Source of the DNA: Trueperaceae bacterium
GTDB taxonomy: Bacteria > Deinococcota > Deinococci > Deinococcales > Trueperaceae
DNA length: 23,700 nt
Reading direction: 5' to 3'
Assembly: GCA_040905465.1 (NCBI GenBank)
Contig: JBBDRK010000057.1
Location: forward strand, 1-23,700
Translations under genes and position numbers: made by a program
The notes under the pieces: model-generated
The model's input: only the letters and a program-made list of their open reading frames with translations
What the model was told of the DNA's origin: nothing
The model's database searches: none
In this document: one piece after another, positions 1 to 8,162 of the stretch
Position numbering within the stretch: position 1 is the first letter of the stretch
Layout: every line of letters starts with the position of its first letter

Positions 1-182
1 AAGCCTACCGCTTCCCACTTAAGAGGTCTGTCCGAAAAACGGGGTCCAGCTATCCCTTCGTTACGATCAGTGCGCGCCGCGCCGATCATGACACTCTTCC
101 CTACCAGGAAACAAGCTCAGAACGCCGGTCCTTCGCAAGTTCCCGCTCGACAATACATCGAGACGAGAAGAAAACGCGAAAG

Positions 183-207
183 GGGCCGGAGCGCTTGGCT
201 CCGGCCC
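183..207 (-). terminator. Intrinsic terminator of the fasciclin gene
   Basis: Perfect 10-bp stem GGGCCGGAGC (183-192) / GCTCCGGCCC (198-207) with a 5-nt loop. On the minus strand it is followed by CTTTCGCGTTTTCTT, about 50 nt after the stop at 258. Confidence 0.75.
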
Positions 208-257
208 GAACTGCGTCGTCAGGTCGATGACGGCAACGCCGCATCGACTAACCGTCT

Positions 258-1478
258 TCAGATGCCAGAGTCGGTGTCCTCCTCATCAGTAGTGTCGTCG
301 GTGTCCAGGCCGTCGTCTTCAGTGTCGGTATCCATCTCAGTGTCGGTGTCCATGCCGCCATCTTCGGTGTCGGTATCCATCTCGGTATCGACGTCCGTAT
401 CGGCATCGGTTTCGCCGCCAACGTCGGCATCGTCGGTTTCAGCGCCTTCCGCACCGTCTTCGGTGTCGGTCTCAGGCTCGACATCCGTTTCGGTGTCGGT
501 CGTGTCGGCCTCGCCGCCGCCGGCTACGCCTTCGAGGTCGAGGTCGAGGGTGTCGGGTACCAGAACAGTGTCGATTCCGTAAATGACCCCACTCGGCGAT
601 TCCATGGCGCCGTGGGTAACTGTGGCTTCACCGATTCTCAGCCCCATCCCGGCGTCGGCTCCGGCCGGATCCATTGGCTGGGCAGCAGCATCGGCGTCGG
701 GCGCGGTTTCCACATCACCTGGTTGCTCAGCGTCGCCAGGCTGTTCACCGTCCTGAGCGTCGCCGTCCACGGCTCCATCATCCTGCTCGCCCGGTTCTGC
801 CGGTTCGTCGGCGGGTTCAGCAGGTTCGGCAGGCTCGGCAGGCTCAGCCTGACCGCCACCGGCAACCTCGCCCTCGTCATCTGCACCGGCTATCGGCTGA
901 TCCGTCCCCGGCGCAACGGCGAATTCGTTTCCGAGAAGCGTCACCACACCGGCAAGGGTCCCAAGCTGATCGGCCGCAACCATGCCGGAAATGATGTGGT
1001 TGCGTACCAACGTCGTCAGCTGTTCCTGATCGAGCTGATCGAACTCGAAGCCTGCCTGCTCGAAGGCCTGGTTCGTCGGCGCCAGGATCGTAAACGGTCC
1101 TTCCTGTTCGAGCGTGTCGCTCAACCCTGCCTGTTCGACGGCGTCGGCGAACATGCTGAAGTCGGGATTCGACCGTAGCGCGTCAACCAAGCTCTGGCCG
1201 TCCTGCTCTCCGGCAGCCTCATCAGCGGGCTCGGCCGGTTCCTCAGGTTCGGCGGGCTCGGCCGGTGCCGGCTCTGCAGGTTCGGCAGGCTCAGCCGGCT
1301 CTGCCGGTTCGGCTGGCTGAGTCATGTCCTCTTCGGTGCCAGGCGCTTGCTCCTCCGTCTGTTCACCTGCCGGCTGATCCGCCGGTTGGTCGGCTGGCTG
1401 GCCGGCATCGTCCTGGCCCAATGCCATTCCGAACGCCAAGACCAGACTCAATACCCACGCGTATAGAGTTCCCTTCAT
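258..1478 (-). CDS. Secreted fasciclin (FAS1) domain protein with Pro/Ala/Glu and Asp/Thr/Glu low-complexity regions
   Basis: ATG at 1478 follows SD-like AAGGGGGAG. Signal peptide MKGTLYAWVLSLVLAFGMALG-Q. FAS1 H1 motif GPFTILAPTNQAF, then NHII, and H2 motif GVIYGIDTVLVP. The ORF-track start at 1535 adds 19 implausible residues. Confidence 0.85.
   Translation of the reverse strand: MKGTLYAWVLSLVLAFGMALGQDDAGQPADQPADQPAGEQTEEQAPGTEEDMTQPAEPAEPAEPAEPAEPAPAEPAEPEEPAEPADEAAGEQDGQSLVDALRSNPDFSMFADAVEQAGLSDTLEQEGPFTILAPTNQAFEQAGFEFDQLDQEQLTTLVRNHIISGMVAADQLGTLAGVVTLLGNEFAVAPGTDQPIAGADDEGEVAGGGQAEPAEPAEPAEPADEPAEPGEQDDGAVDGDAQDGEQPGDAEQPGDVETAPDADAAAQPMDPAGADAGMGLRIGEATVTHGAMESPSGVIYGIDTVLVPDTLDLDLEGVAGGGEADTTDTETDVEPETDTEDGAEGAETDDADVGGETDADTDVDTEMDTDTEDGGMDTDTEMDTDTEDDGLDTDDTTDEEDTDSGI
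265..520 (-). repeat. Intragenic (E/G)MDTDTE / DTDTE acidic repeats in the C-terminal tail
   Basis: Recurrent GTGTCGGTATCCATCTC units on the + strand (about 322 and 367); translation ...EMDTDTEDGGMDTDTEMDTDTEDDGLDTDD... Confidence 0.8.
1213..1320 (-). repeat. Intragenic (PAE)n tandem repeat, with a second copy at about 790-850
   Basis: Translates as QPAEPAEPAEPAEPAEPAPAEPAEPEEPAEPADE; the second block is AEPAEPAEPAEPADEPAEP. 9-nt periodicity is visible in the DNA. Confidence 0.85.
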
Positions 1479-1715
1479 GCTCTCCCCCTTAGTTCTGTGT
1501 TGGTGCGGCGACAACCGGCGTGCTGCCTCGTGCAATCCTGGTGTCGCTCACCGATGCGAGTATGGACCCACCGACGAAGACGCGAATATATCCTGAGTCA
1601 TAGTCGCTAAGCCCTGATTTTGACATTCCATGCGCGCCTTGCCCAAGCCGGCCGCGGCCCGGCCACACTGGACAGCGACAAGTGGCCTCTTTGACGCCGG
1701 GAGGAGTTGGGGCCG

Positions 1716-1724
1716 TGCTACATT
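1716..1724 (+). promoter_or_regulatory. Extended -10 (TGcTACATT) of a leaderless mglB transcript
   Basis: TG-n-TAnnnT ends 6 nt before ATG 1731; no SD at a usable spacing. Confidence 0.6.
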
Positions 1725-1730
1725 CTCGTC

Positions 1731-2231
1731 ATGCTGGAGCCGTCCCTTGAACTATACGGACAGACCTTCGAGGAAGTGGACGAGCTGCTGAAGGACCTGT
1801 TGGCCAAGAGTCACGCCCGCTACGCGATGATCATCGACCTGAAAGGGTTTGTCCTCATGCACAGCCGCGCGCTATGGGCTCCGAAGCCGCCTTCACTGGA
1901 CTCGCTGGCCACACTTATTGCATCGAACTATTCCGCGAACACCGCGATCGCCAACCTCTTCGGCGAGACCGGATTTCAGGAGATGGTGCAGCAGGGCGCC
2001 GAGGTTGGCACCTATCTCGAAGAACTCGGCGACCGAGCTCTGTTGGTGACGGTCTTCGACAGCAGCGCCGCACTTGGTCGGGTAAAGCTGTTCACCAAGA
2101 AGACTGCCCAGGCCATAAAGAACCTGCTGGAATCCAACCATGAGGAACCACCGGAAATGACGTTCGACCAAGAGTGGAGTTCCAGTACCGAAGCCCTGCT
2201 CGATGGCCTGTTCGGAACGGAAGAATCATGA
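1731..2231 (+). CDS. mglB: MglB roadblock/LC7 protein (GAP partner of MglA)
   Basis: Roadblock pattern ([11 protein letters not shown]...[22 protein letters not shown]...LLVTVFD...LGRVKLF) plus an acidic C-terminal helix ending LLDGLFG. ATGA overlap with mglA. ATG 1731 preferred over TTG 1707. Confidence 0.88.
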   Translation: MLEPSLELYGQTFEEVDELLKDLLAKSHARYAMIIDLKGFVLMHSRALWAPKPPSLDSLATLIASNYSANTAIANLFGETGFQEMVQQGAEVGTYLEELGDRALLVTVFDSSAALGRVKLFTKKTAQAIKNLLESNHEEPPEMTFDQEWSSSTEALLDGLFGTEES

Positions 2232-2818
2232 GCACGATCAACTTCTCCGCTCGTGAAATCAACTTCAAGATCGTTTACTACGGGCCTGGTTTGTCGGGCA
2301 AGACTACCAACCTGAAGCAGATCTACTCCAACGTACCTGGTGAGTCGAAGGGCGACATGGTGAGCCTTGCGACCGAGGACGAACGGACCCTGTTCTTCGA
2401 CTTCCTGCCTCTCGACCTCGGCAGCGTGAATGGCTTCAAGACGCGCTTTCATCTGTACACGGTCCCAGGCCAGGTCTTCTACAACTCTAGCCGTAAGCTG
2501 ATCCTGCGGGGCGTGGACGGGATCGTATTCATTGCCGACTCTGCCCCGAACCGTCTGCGGGCCAACGCCGAGAGCCTGCGCAGCCTGAGGGAGAATCTCC
2601 AGGAGTACAATCTGTCACTCGCCGACGTCCCTCTCACGATCCAGATCAACAAGCGTGACATGCCGGAAGCGCTGCCGGTCGAAATGATCCGACAGGTGCT
2701 GGACCCTAGTGGCACAGTACCGGTGTTCGAGGCGGTGGCGCAGGAGTTCAAGGGCGTCTTCGAGCCGCTGCGCGCGGTCAGCAAGCTGGTGCTAGAGAAG
2801 CTCGCTCAGAAGACTTGA
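2228..2818 (+). CDS. mglA: MglA Ras-like small GTPase
   Basis: [29 protein letters not shown] (G1), DERTLFFD (intrinsic Arg finger), TVPGQVFY (G3), NKRD (G4). Confidence 0.95.
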   Translation: MSTINFSAREINFKIVYYGPGLSGKTTNLKQIYSNVPGESKGDMVSLATEDERTLFFDFLPLDLGSVNGFKTRFHLYTVPGQVFYNSSRKLILRGVDGIVFIADSAPNRLRANAESLRSLRENLQEYNLSLADVPLTIQINKRDMPEALPVEMIRQVLDPSGTVPVFEAVAQEFKGVFEPLRAVSKLVLEKLAQKT

Positions 2819-2936
2819 GCATCCCGCGGGATGCAGCGACACCTGGGGCCCCCCTGTCGTAGGCGTACCTGGGACGGTAACGGGGCCAGCCAGGGCAACG
2901 GTCCGACACTGATTCAGCGTGATATCGTCGGCGGCG

Positions 2937-3995
2937 ATGAAACGCACTCCACTTCATGAAGCCCACCTGGAGCTAGGCGCCCGGATGGTGGAGTTCTCGG
3001 GCTGGGCCATGCCTTTGCAGTACCCCACGGGCATCAACGAGGAGCACCTGGCAGTTCGGCAGAGCGTGGGCCTTTTCGACGTAAGTCATATGGGAGAGTT
3101 GTCGATCCGCGGACCGGAGGTCGTCGACTTCCTGCGCTTCGTTGCCCTCAACGATGCGGGCCGACTACGCCCCGGTCGTGCTCAGTACTCGATGCTGCCA
3201 AATGAGCGAGGGGGCCTGGTGGACGATGTCTATGTCTATCGTCTCGCGGATACCGAGTACCTGATGGTGTGCAACGCGGGGAACCGCGAGGCGGTCGTGA
3301 GCCATCTCACGCGCTTGGCGTCCGACTACGACTGCGTAGTGGTCGACGAGTCCGAGGATGTCGCCCTCATGGCGCTGCAGGGACCCGGCTCGGCCGTCCT
3401 CCTGGAGAGGTTGGGCGACACCGACCTCACCGGACTCCGCAAGAACGGTCTGCTCGACCTGGAGTTGTTCGGCCAGGAAGTCCGCATTGCCCGGACCGGA
3501 TATACCGGCGAGGATGGCTTCGAGATCTTCGTTGCGAGCACGAGCGCAGACGCCGTCTGGCGTGGCCTGGTGACAGCCGGCGCGTTCCCGTGCGGCCTGG
3601 GCGCCCGGGATACCCTGCGGCTGGAGGCCGGCTTCGCGCTGTTCGGCTTCGAGTTGACGGGCGATACCAATCCGCTATGCACACCTTTCAAATGGGTGGT
3701 CAAAGACAAGCCGTTCTACGGTCGGGAACGACTGTGGGCGGCTAGCTGCCCACGCAGGCTCGTCGGGCTGAAGCTTACACAGAGGGGCGTCGCCCGCCAC
3801 GGCTATCGTCTTTACCAGGGACAGCAGGAGATCGGCGAGGTTTCGTCGGGTACGATCTCCCCCGTTACCAGGGAGGGAATCGCCATGGCTTGGATCGAAC
3901 GTCAGTTCGCGACTCCCGGCCAAGCGATCAGCGTCGAGATTCGCGGCCAGAAGATTCCCGCGACCATAGTGGATCTGCCCTTTATAGAGGGCTGA
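2937..3995 (+). CDS. gcvT: Glycine cleavage system aminomethyltransferase T
   Basis: [28 protein letters not shown] and [13 protein letters not shown] motifs; first gene of the gcv cluster. Confidence 0.96.
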   Translation: MKRTPLHEAHLELGARMVEFSGWAMPLQYPTGINEEHLAVRQSVGLFDVSHMGELSIRGPEVVDFLRFVALNDAGRLRPGRAQYSMLPNERGGLVDDVYVYRLADTEYLMVCNAGNREAVVSHLTRLASDYDCVVVDESEDVALMALQGPGSAVLLERLGDTDLTGLRKNGLLDLELFGQEVRIARTGYTGEDGFEIFVASTSADAVWRGLVTAGAFPCGLGARDTLRLEAGFALFGFELTGDTNPLCTPFKWVVKDKPFYGRERLWAASCPRRLVGLKLTQRGVARHGYRLYQGQQEIGEVSSGTISPVTREGIAMAWIERQFATPGQAISVEIRGQKIPATIVDLPFIEG

Positions 3996-4029
3996 ACGTT
4001 CCAGGCCGGTGAGGCCCAAGGAGAAAGAC

Positions 4030-4416
4030 ATGGATTTCCCGGAAGATCTCAAGTACAACCGCAGCCATGAATGGGCACGCGAGGACGATGGCCTGGTGAC
4101 GATAGGCATTTCAGATTACGCCCAGGACCAGTTGGGCGACGTCGTATTCGTGGAATTGCCGGCCGCGGGCAGGAAGGTCGCCGCCAGTGAGGCGGTCGCA
4201 GTGGTGGAATCGGTCAAGACCGCCAGCGATATTTATTCCCCGGCCGATGGCGAGATCGTCGAGGTAAACACCGCCCTCGAGAGCAATCCCGAGCTCCTCA
4301 ACGAAGCGCCGTACGGTGACGGCTGGATGTTCAAGCTCCGGCCGAGTGCTCCAGAGGCCCTGGCTGACATGCTCGATGCCGCTGGCTATCGCGCGGCTAT
4401 CGAGGAGGATTCTTGA
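4030..4416 (+). CDS. gcvH: Glycine cleavage system H protein (lipoyl carrier)
   Basis: [23 protein letters not shown], lipoyl-Lys motif [21 protein letters not shown] before ATG 4030. Confidence 0.96.
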   Translation: MDFPEDLKYNRSHEWAREDDGLVTIGISDYAQDQLGDVVFVELPAAGRKVAASEAVAVVESVKTASDIYSPADGEIVEVNTALESNPELLNEAPYGDGWMFKLRPSAPEALADMLDAAGYRAAIEEDS

Positions 4417-5804
4417 ACTACACGCCACACACGGAAGAGGATGTGACGCGCGCGCTGGCAGCAATCGGCGCGCGTTCCGTCGACGATCTCTTTTCAGCGA
4501 TTCCGGTCGAACTGCTCGATCCGCCCATCGATCTGCCCTCGGGCATGGACGAGGTCAGCCTGCTTGCCCGGATGCGGCAGCTCGCCGAAGCGAACGCCAG
4601 GAGCTCGACACTGATGGGCGGCGGTCTGGCCAAGCACTTCATTCCCTCGGTCGTTCAACACCTGACCATGCAGAGCGAGTTCGTCACCGCCTACACTCCG
4701 TATCAACCCGAGGTGTCACAGGGCATTCTGCAGGCGACCTTCGAATACCAGACGATGATGAGCGAGTTGACGGAGTTGCCGGTCAGCAACGCCAGCATGT
4801 ACGACGGGGCAAGTGCGGTCGCGGAAGCCGCACTGGTGGCGGTCCGCCATACCGGCCGCGAGCGAGTTCTGGTGTCAGCCGGCGTGCACCCGGAAACGCG
4901 TGAGGTGCTGGCCACCTACCTCGGCCCGCTCGACATCGAACTGACCACCGTTGCGTTGGATGACCGGTTGAGCACGCCGCGGCTGCAGGTAGGAAACGAC
5001 GTTGCGGCCGTGCTGGTGCAACAACCGAACTTCCTCGGCTACCTGGAGGACATGGAACCGCTGGCCGAGGCGGCGCACGCGGCCGGAGCACTGTTCGTCT
5101 CGGTTGTCGACCCCCTCAGCCTCGGCCTGTTGCGGCCGCCCGGGTCGTACGGGGCGGACGTTGCGGTTGGAGATGGTCAGACGATCGGCAATCCGCTTTA
5201 CTTCGGGGGCCCGCATTTCGGATTCATGGTCGTCACCGAGCAGTTGCTGCGGCAACTTCCAGGCAGGATCGTCGGCCAGACCGTCGACGTCGACGGACGC
5301 CGAGCATTCGTTCTCACCCTGCAGGCCCGCGAGCAGCACATCCGGCGTGCTCGGGCGAAGAGCAACATCTGTTCGAACCATCAGCTCACGGCGCTGATGG
5401 CAACGGTAAACCTGGCAGCGCTGGGGCCGGAAGGGCTGTGCGAGGCAGCTACCGGAAGCGTCGCCGCGGCTCACCAGTTGGCCGACGACTTGGCCGGCGA
5501 GGGTTACCGGGTGAGACGGGAAGCAAACTTTTTCAACGAGTTCGTAATCGAGTTGGATACCGTTGAGTCGGATAAGGACGCGCTAGATCCTGTCGAACTA
5601 TATTCCGCCTCCCGAGCGGCGGCAAGCGCCTTGGCCGCCCGAGGAGTGCAGGCCGGGATCCCGGTGCCGTCCGAATACGGGCTGAATCGCCCGGCACTGC
5701 TGCTGTGCGCGACGGAGTTGACCAGCGCGGAGGAGCGCAGGAGGCTCGTTCGGGCGATGTCCGAGGTGGTGCCGGTGAGCGCCGGTACGGGCGGCCGCCG
5801 ATGA
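4413..5804 (+). CDS. gcvPA: Glycine dehydrogenase (decarboxylating) subunit 1
   Basis: TTG start overlaps the gcvH stop (TTGA). Motifs [28 protein letters not shown] and SNICSN. Confidence 0.95.
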   Translation: MNYTPHTEEDVTRALAAIGARSVDDLFSAIPVELLDPPIDLPSGMDEVSLLARMRQLAEANARSSTLMGGGLAKHFIPSVVQHLTMQSEFVTAYTPYQPEVSQGILQATFEYQTMMSELTELPVSNASMYDGASAVAEAALVAVRHTGRERVLVSAGVHPETREVLATYLGPLDIELTTVALDDRLSTPRLQVGNDVAAVLVQQPNFLGYLEDMEPLAEAAHAAGALFVSVVDPLSLGLLRPPGSYGADVAVGDGQTIGNPLYFGGPHFGFMVVTEQLLRQLPGRIVGQTVDVDGRRAFVLTLQAREQHIRRARAKSNICSNHQLTALMATVNLAALGPEGLCEAATGSVAAAHQLADDLAGEGYRVRREANFFNEFVIELDTVESDKDALDPVELYSASRAAASALAARGVQAGIPVPSEYGLNRPALLLCATELTSAEERRRLVRAMSEVVPVSAGTGGRR

Positions 5805-7273
5805 AGCGGCACCCGGTGCTGGAGCGTGAGCCCGATTTCCCGCTCATCTTCGAACGGTCGCGCCCCGGCCGCCGGGCAGCAGTGCCGCCCGCAGCCGCCG
5901 ACATCGACCTCGCCGCGGCGCTCGGTGATAACCAGTTGCGGCAGGACCCTCCGCGCCTGCCCGAGGTGAGCGAGCTCGACCTGGTGCGCCATTACACCCA
6001 GTTGGCGCACCGTCAGTTCAGTATCGACAGCCACGTCTATCCGCTCGGTTCCTGCACGATGAAGTACAACCCGAAGGTCCATGAGGAGGCGGTCCGGGAC
6101 TTCCAGGATCTGCATCCCTATCAGGCGCAGGAGACGGTCCAGGGAGCGCTGGAGCTTCTATTCGAACTGCAGCACGACCTCGCGACATTGACCGGCATGG
6201 ACGCCATGAGCCTGCAACCGGCGGCGGGTGCGCACGGAGAGCTGACAGGCATCCTGATCATCCGCGCTTATCACCGCTCTCGCGGCGAAGACGAGCGTCG
6301 GCGAGTGGTCCTGGTGCCCGATAGCGCGCACGGCACCAATCCCGCGACGGCGGCAATGGCGGGGTACCGGGTAGTGGAGGTTCCGACCGGACGCGACGGC
6401 CAGGTCGATCTCGACGCGTTCCGCAGCGCGCTCTCCCCTTCGGTTGCAGCCGTGATGCTCACCAATCCGAACACGCTCGGCATTTTCGAGCGAAACATCC
6501 TTGAGATCAGCCGGCTTTCCCATGCGGCGGGCGCGCAACTCTATTACGACGGTGCGAACCTCAATGCCATCGTCGGCAGGGCCCGTCCCGGCGACATGGG
6601 TTTCGACGTGGTGCACCTGAACCTCCACAAGACGTTCACGACCCCCCACGGCGGAGGCGGACCGGGAACCGGGCCGGTCGGAGTGAAAGGGCACCTGCGC
6701 GGCCATCTGCCCGTTCCGCTGATAAGGCGAGACGGCAACGGCTTCGCCTTCGACTACGATTTACCCGCGAGCATCGGGCGGGTGCGTTCGTTCTACGGCA
6801 ATTTCGGAAACTTGGTCCGAGCCTACGCTTATATTCGAAGTCTCGGCCTGGAGGGCCTGCGGGCCGTTTCGGGGATGGCGGTGCTGAACGCGAACTATCT
6901 TCAGGAGCGCATGAAGCAAGCGGGTTACCGCCTTCCGTTCGACGGGCGCTGCATGCACGAGTTCGTGGCTCAGCCGCCTACCGGCCTGCGCACGCTGGAT
7001 CTCGCCAAGGCGCTCCTGGATGAAGGAGTGCACCCGATGACCGTCTACTTCCCGATGGTGGTCAAAGAAGCGATGATGGTCGAGCCTACCGAGACCGAGT
7101 CGCTCGAGACTCTGGACCACTACGCGGAGTTGCTGGGCAAGGTCCTGGAGTCGGCACGTGAGGATCCGGAACGACTTGCGCAGGCTCCCTTCTCGACTCC
7201 GGTAAGGCGCCTCGACGAGGTTACCGCGGCACGCCGGCCGATCCTCCGCTTCGACTTCAAGGAGAGCAGTTGA
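5801..7273 (+). CDS. gcvPB: Glycine dehydrogenase (decarboxylating) subunit 2
   Basis: ATGA overlap with gcvPA. Motifs YPLGSCTMKYNP, QPAAGAHGE, AHGTNPA and the PLP-Lys motif HLNLHKTFTTPHGGGGPG. Confidence 0.95.
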   Translation: MKRHPVLEREPDFPLIFERSRPGRRAAVPPAAADIDLAAALGDNQLRQDPPRLPEVSELDLVRHYTQLAHRQFSIDSHVYPLGSCTMKYNPKVHEEAVRDFQDLHPYQAQETVQGALELLFELQHDLATLTGMDAMSLQPAAGAHGELTGILIIRAYHRSRGEDERRRVVLVPDSAHGTNPATAAMAGYRVVEVPTGRDGQVDLDAFRSALSPSVAAVMLTNPNTLGIFERNILEISRLSHAAGAQLYYDGANLNAIVGRARPGDMGFDVVHLNLHKTFTTPHGGGGPGTGPVGVKGHLRGHLPVPLIRRDGNGFAFDYDLPASIGRVRSFYGNFGNLVRAYAYIRSLGLEGLRAVSGMAVLNANYLQERMKQAGYRLPFDGRCMHEFVAQPPTGLRTLDLAKALLDEGVHPMTVYFPMVVKEAMMVEPTETESLETLDHYAELLGKVLESAREDPERLAQAPFSTPVRRLDEVTAARRPILRFDFKESS

Positions 7274-7300
7274 GCGCAGGCAGTCAGCCGGCCGAATAGA

Positions 7301-7335
7301 GCGAGGGGGCGACCTGATGGGGGCCCCCCCCCGCG
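7301..7335. terminator. Possible GC-rich hairpin between convergent gcvPB and the Fe-S carrier gene
   Basis: GGGGGC (7305-7310) can pair with GCCCCC (7323-7328) around an inner CC-TGAT-GG; no U-tract on either strand. Confidence 0.3.
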
Positions 7336-7352
7336 CCGATTGCCGGAAGTGT

Positions 7353-7751
7353 TCAGCTGCCGCAGCCGACACTCCCCTCTCCACCCGGGGCCTGGTTGCC
7401 GTCGGTACGAAAGGAGCTGCCGCAACCGCAGGCAGAGGTCGCGTTGGGATTGTTCACGCTGAAGCCTCCACCCATCATGTTCTCGATATAGTCGACCTCG
7501 CTGCCACGCAGGAGAGGCCAACTCATCTGGTCTACCACCACGCGAACGCCGCGGTCTTCGAAAGTACGATCACCTTCGAGCTGCCGGTCATCGATGGCCA
7601 TGCCGTAGCTGTACCCACTGCAGCCGCCCGACTTGATGAAAACACGAATCGCCGCCGAATCCGAACCGTTCTTGGCGAGCAACTCCCCGGCCTTGCCGGC
7701 TGCCGCCTCGGTCAGGCTCATCGCTTCAGTTTCTGATTGGGCAGTATTCAC
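7353..7751 (-). CDS. A-type Fe-S cluster carrier (HesB/IscA/ErpA family)
   Basis: Cys motifs GGCSGYSY and [17 protein letters not shown] at 7751 lies 7 nt after SD AAGGAGG. Confidence 0.93.
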   Translation of the reverse strand: MNTAQSETEAMSLTEAAAGKAGELLAKNGSDSAAIRVFIKSGGCSGYSYGMAIDDRQLEGDRTFEDRGVRVVVDQMSWPLLRGSEVDYIENMMGGGFSVNNPNATSACGCGSSFRTDGNQAPGGEGSVGCGS

Positions 7752-7790
7752 GTCCAAACCTCCTTGCCAGACAGTAACTGCACTACGGTC

Positions 7791-7799
7791 TTTATACCA
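7791..7799 (-). promoter_or_regulatory. Extended -10 (TGgTATAAA) for the Fe-S carrier gene
   Basis: Minus strand reads TGGTATAAA about 40 nt upstream of the start codon. Confidence 0.5.
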
Positions 7800-7875
7800 T
7801 GACTGGCACGAGTGAACGGTGCCCCGGACGCCTTACCGCCGGCCGTGCGCCGAAGTTCGGTCGTCGTCGCCGCTG

Positions 7876-7904
7876 TTGGCAATGCCAACTCGACTTGATA
7901 TACT
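7876..7904 (+). promoter_or_regulatory. Sigma70-type promoter of tRNA-Trp
   Basis: -35 TTGGCA (7876-7881), 17-bp spacer, extended -10 TGaTATACT (7896-7904), ending 15 nt before the tRNA. Confidence 0.8.
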
Positions 7905-7919
7905 TCGGAGGCAAAATTT

Positions 7920-7995
<76 letters not shown>

Positions 7996-8024
7996 CTAAA
8001 AGCACCGTCTAGGACGGCAACAGT

Positions 8025-8057
8025 AAGACCCGCGCTTGGCGGGTCTTTTCTAATTTT
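8025..8057 (+). terminator. Intrinsic terminator after tRNA-Trp
   Basis: Stem AAGACCCGC / GCGGGTCTT with loop GCTTG, followed by TTCTAATTTT. Confidence 0.88.
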
Positions 8058-8162
8058 GGTGGGGTTTACGACTACTTGGGTTCCAAAGCTCAGTTCAGCG
8101 TCCTCGTCGAGCCCACCGGAAAGAAGACCAAGGAGGTGGTGGGCGCGTATTATCGGGTGGAA

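Noticed and set aside
265-520. Repeated GTGTCGGTATCCATCTC units as a possible CRISPR array
   Set aside because: Degenerate, codon-phased repeats inside a CDS, without unique spacers or cas genes.
70-582. Ser/Val-rich 170-aa + strand ORF
   Set aside because: Antisense shadow of the Asp/Thr/Glu repeats of the fasciclin gene.
1691-1696. TTGACG as the -35 of the mglB promoter
   Set aside because: 22-nt spacing to TACATT is too long for a sigma70 promoter.
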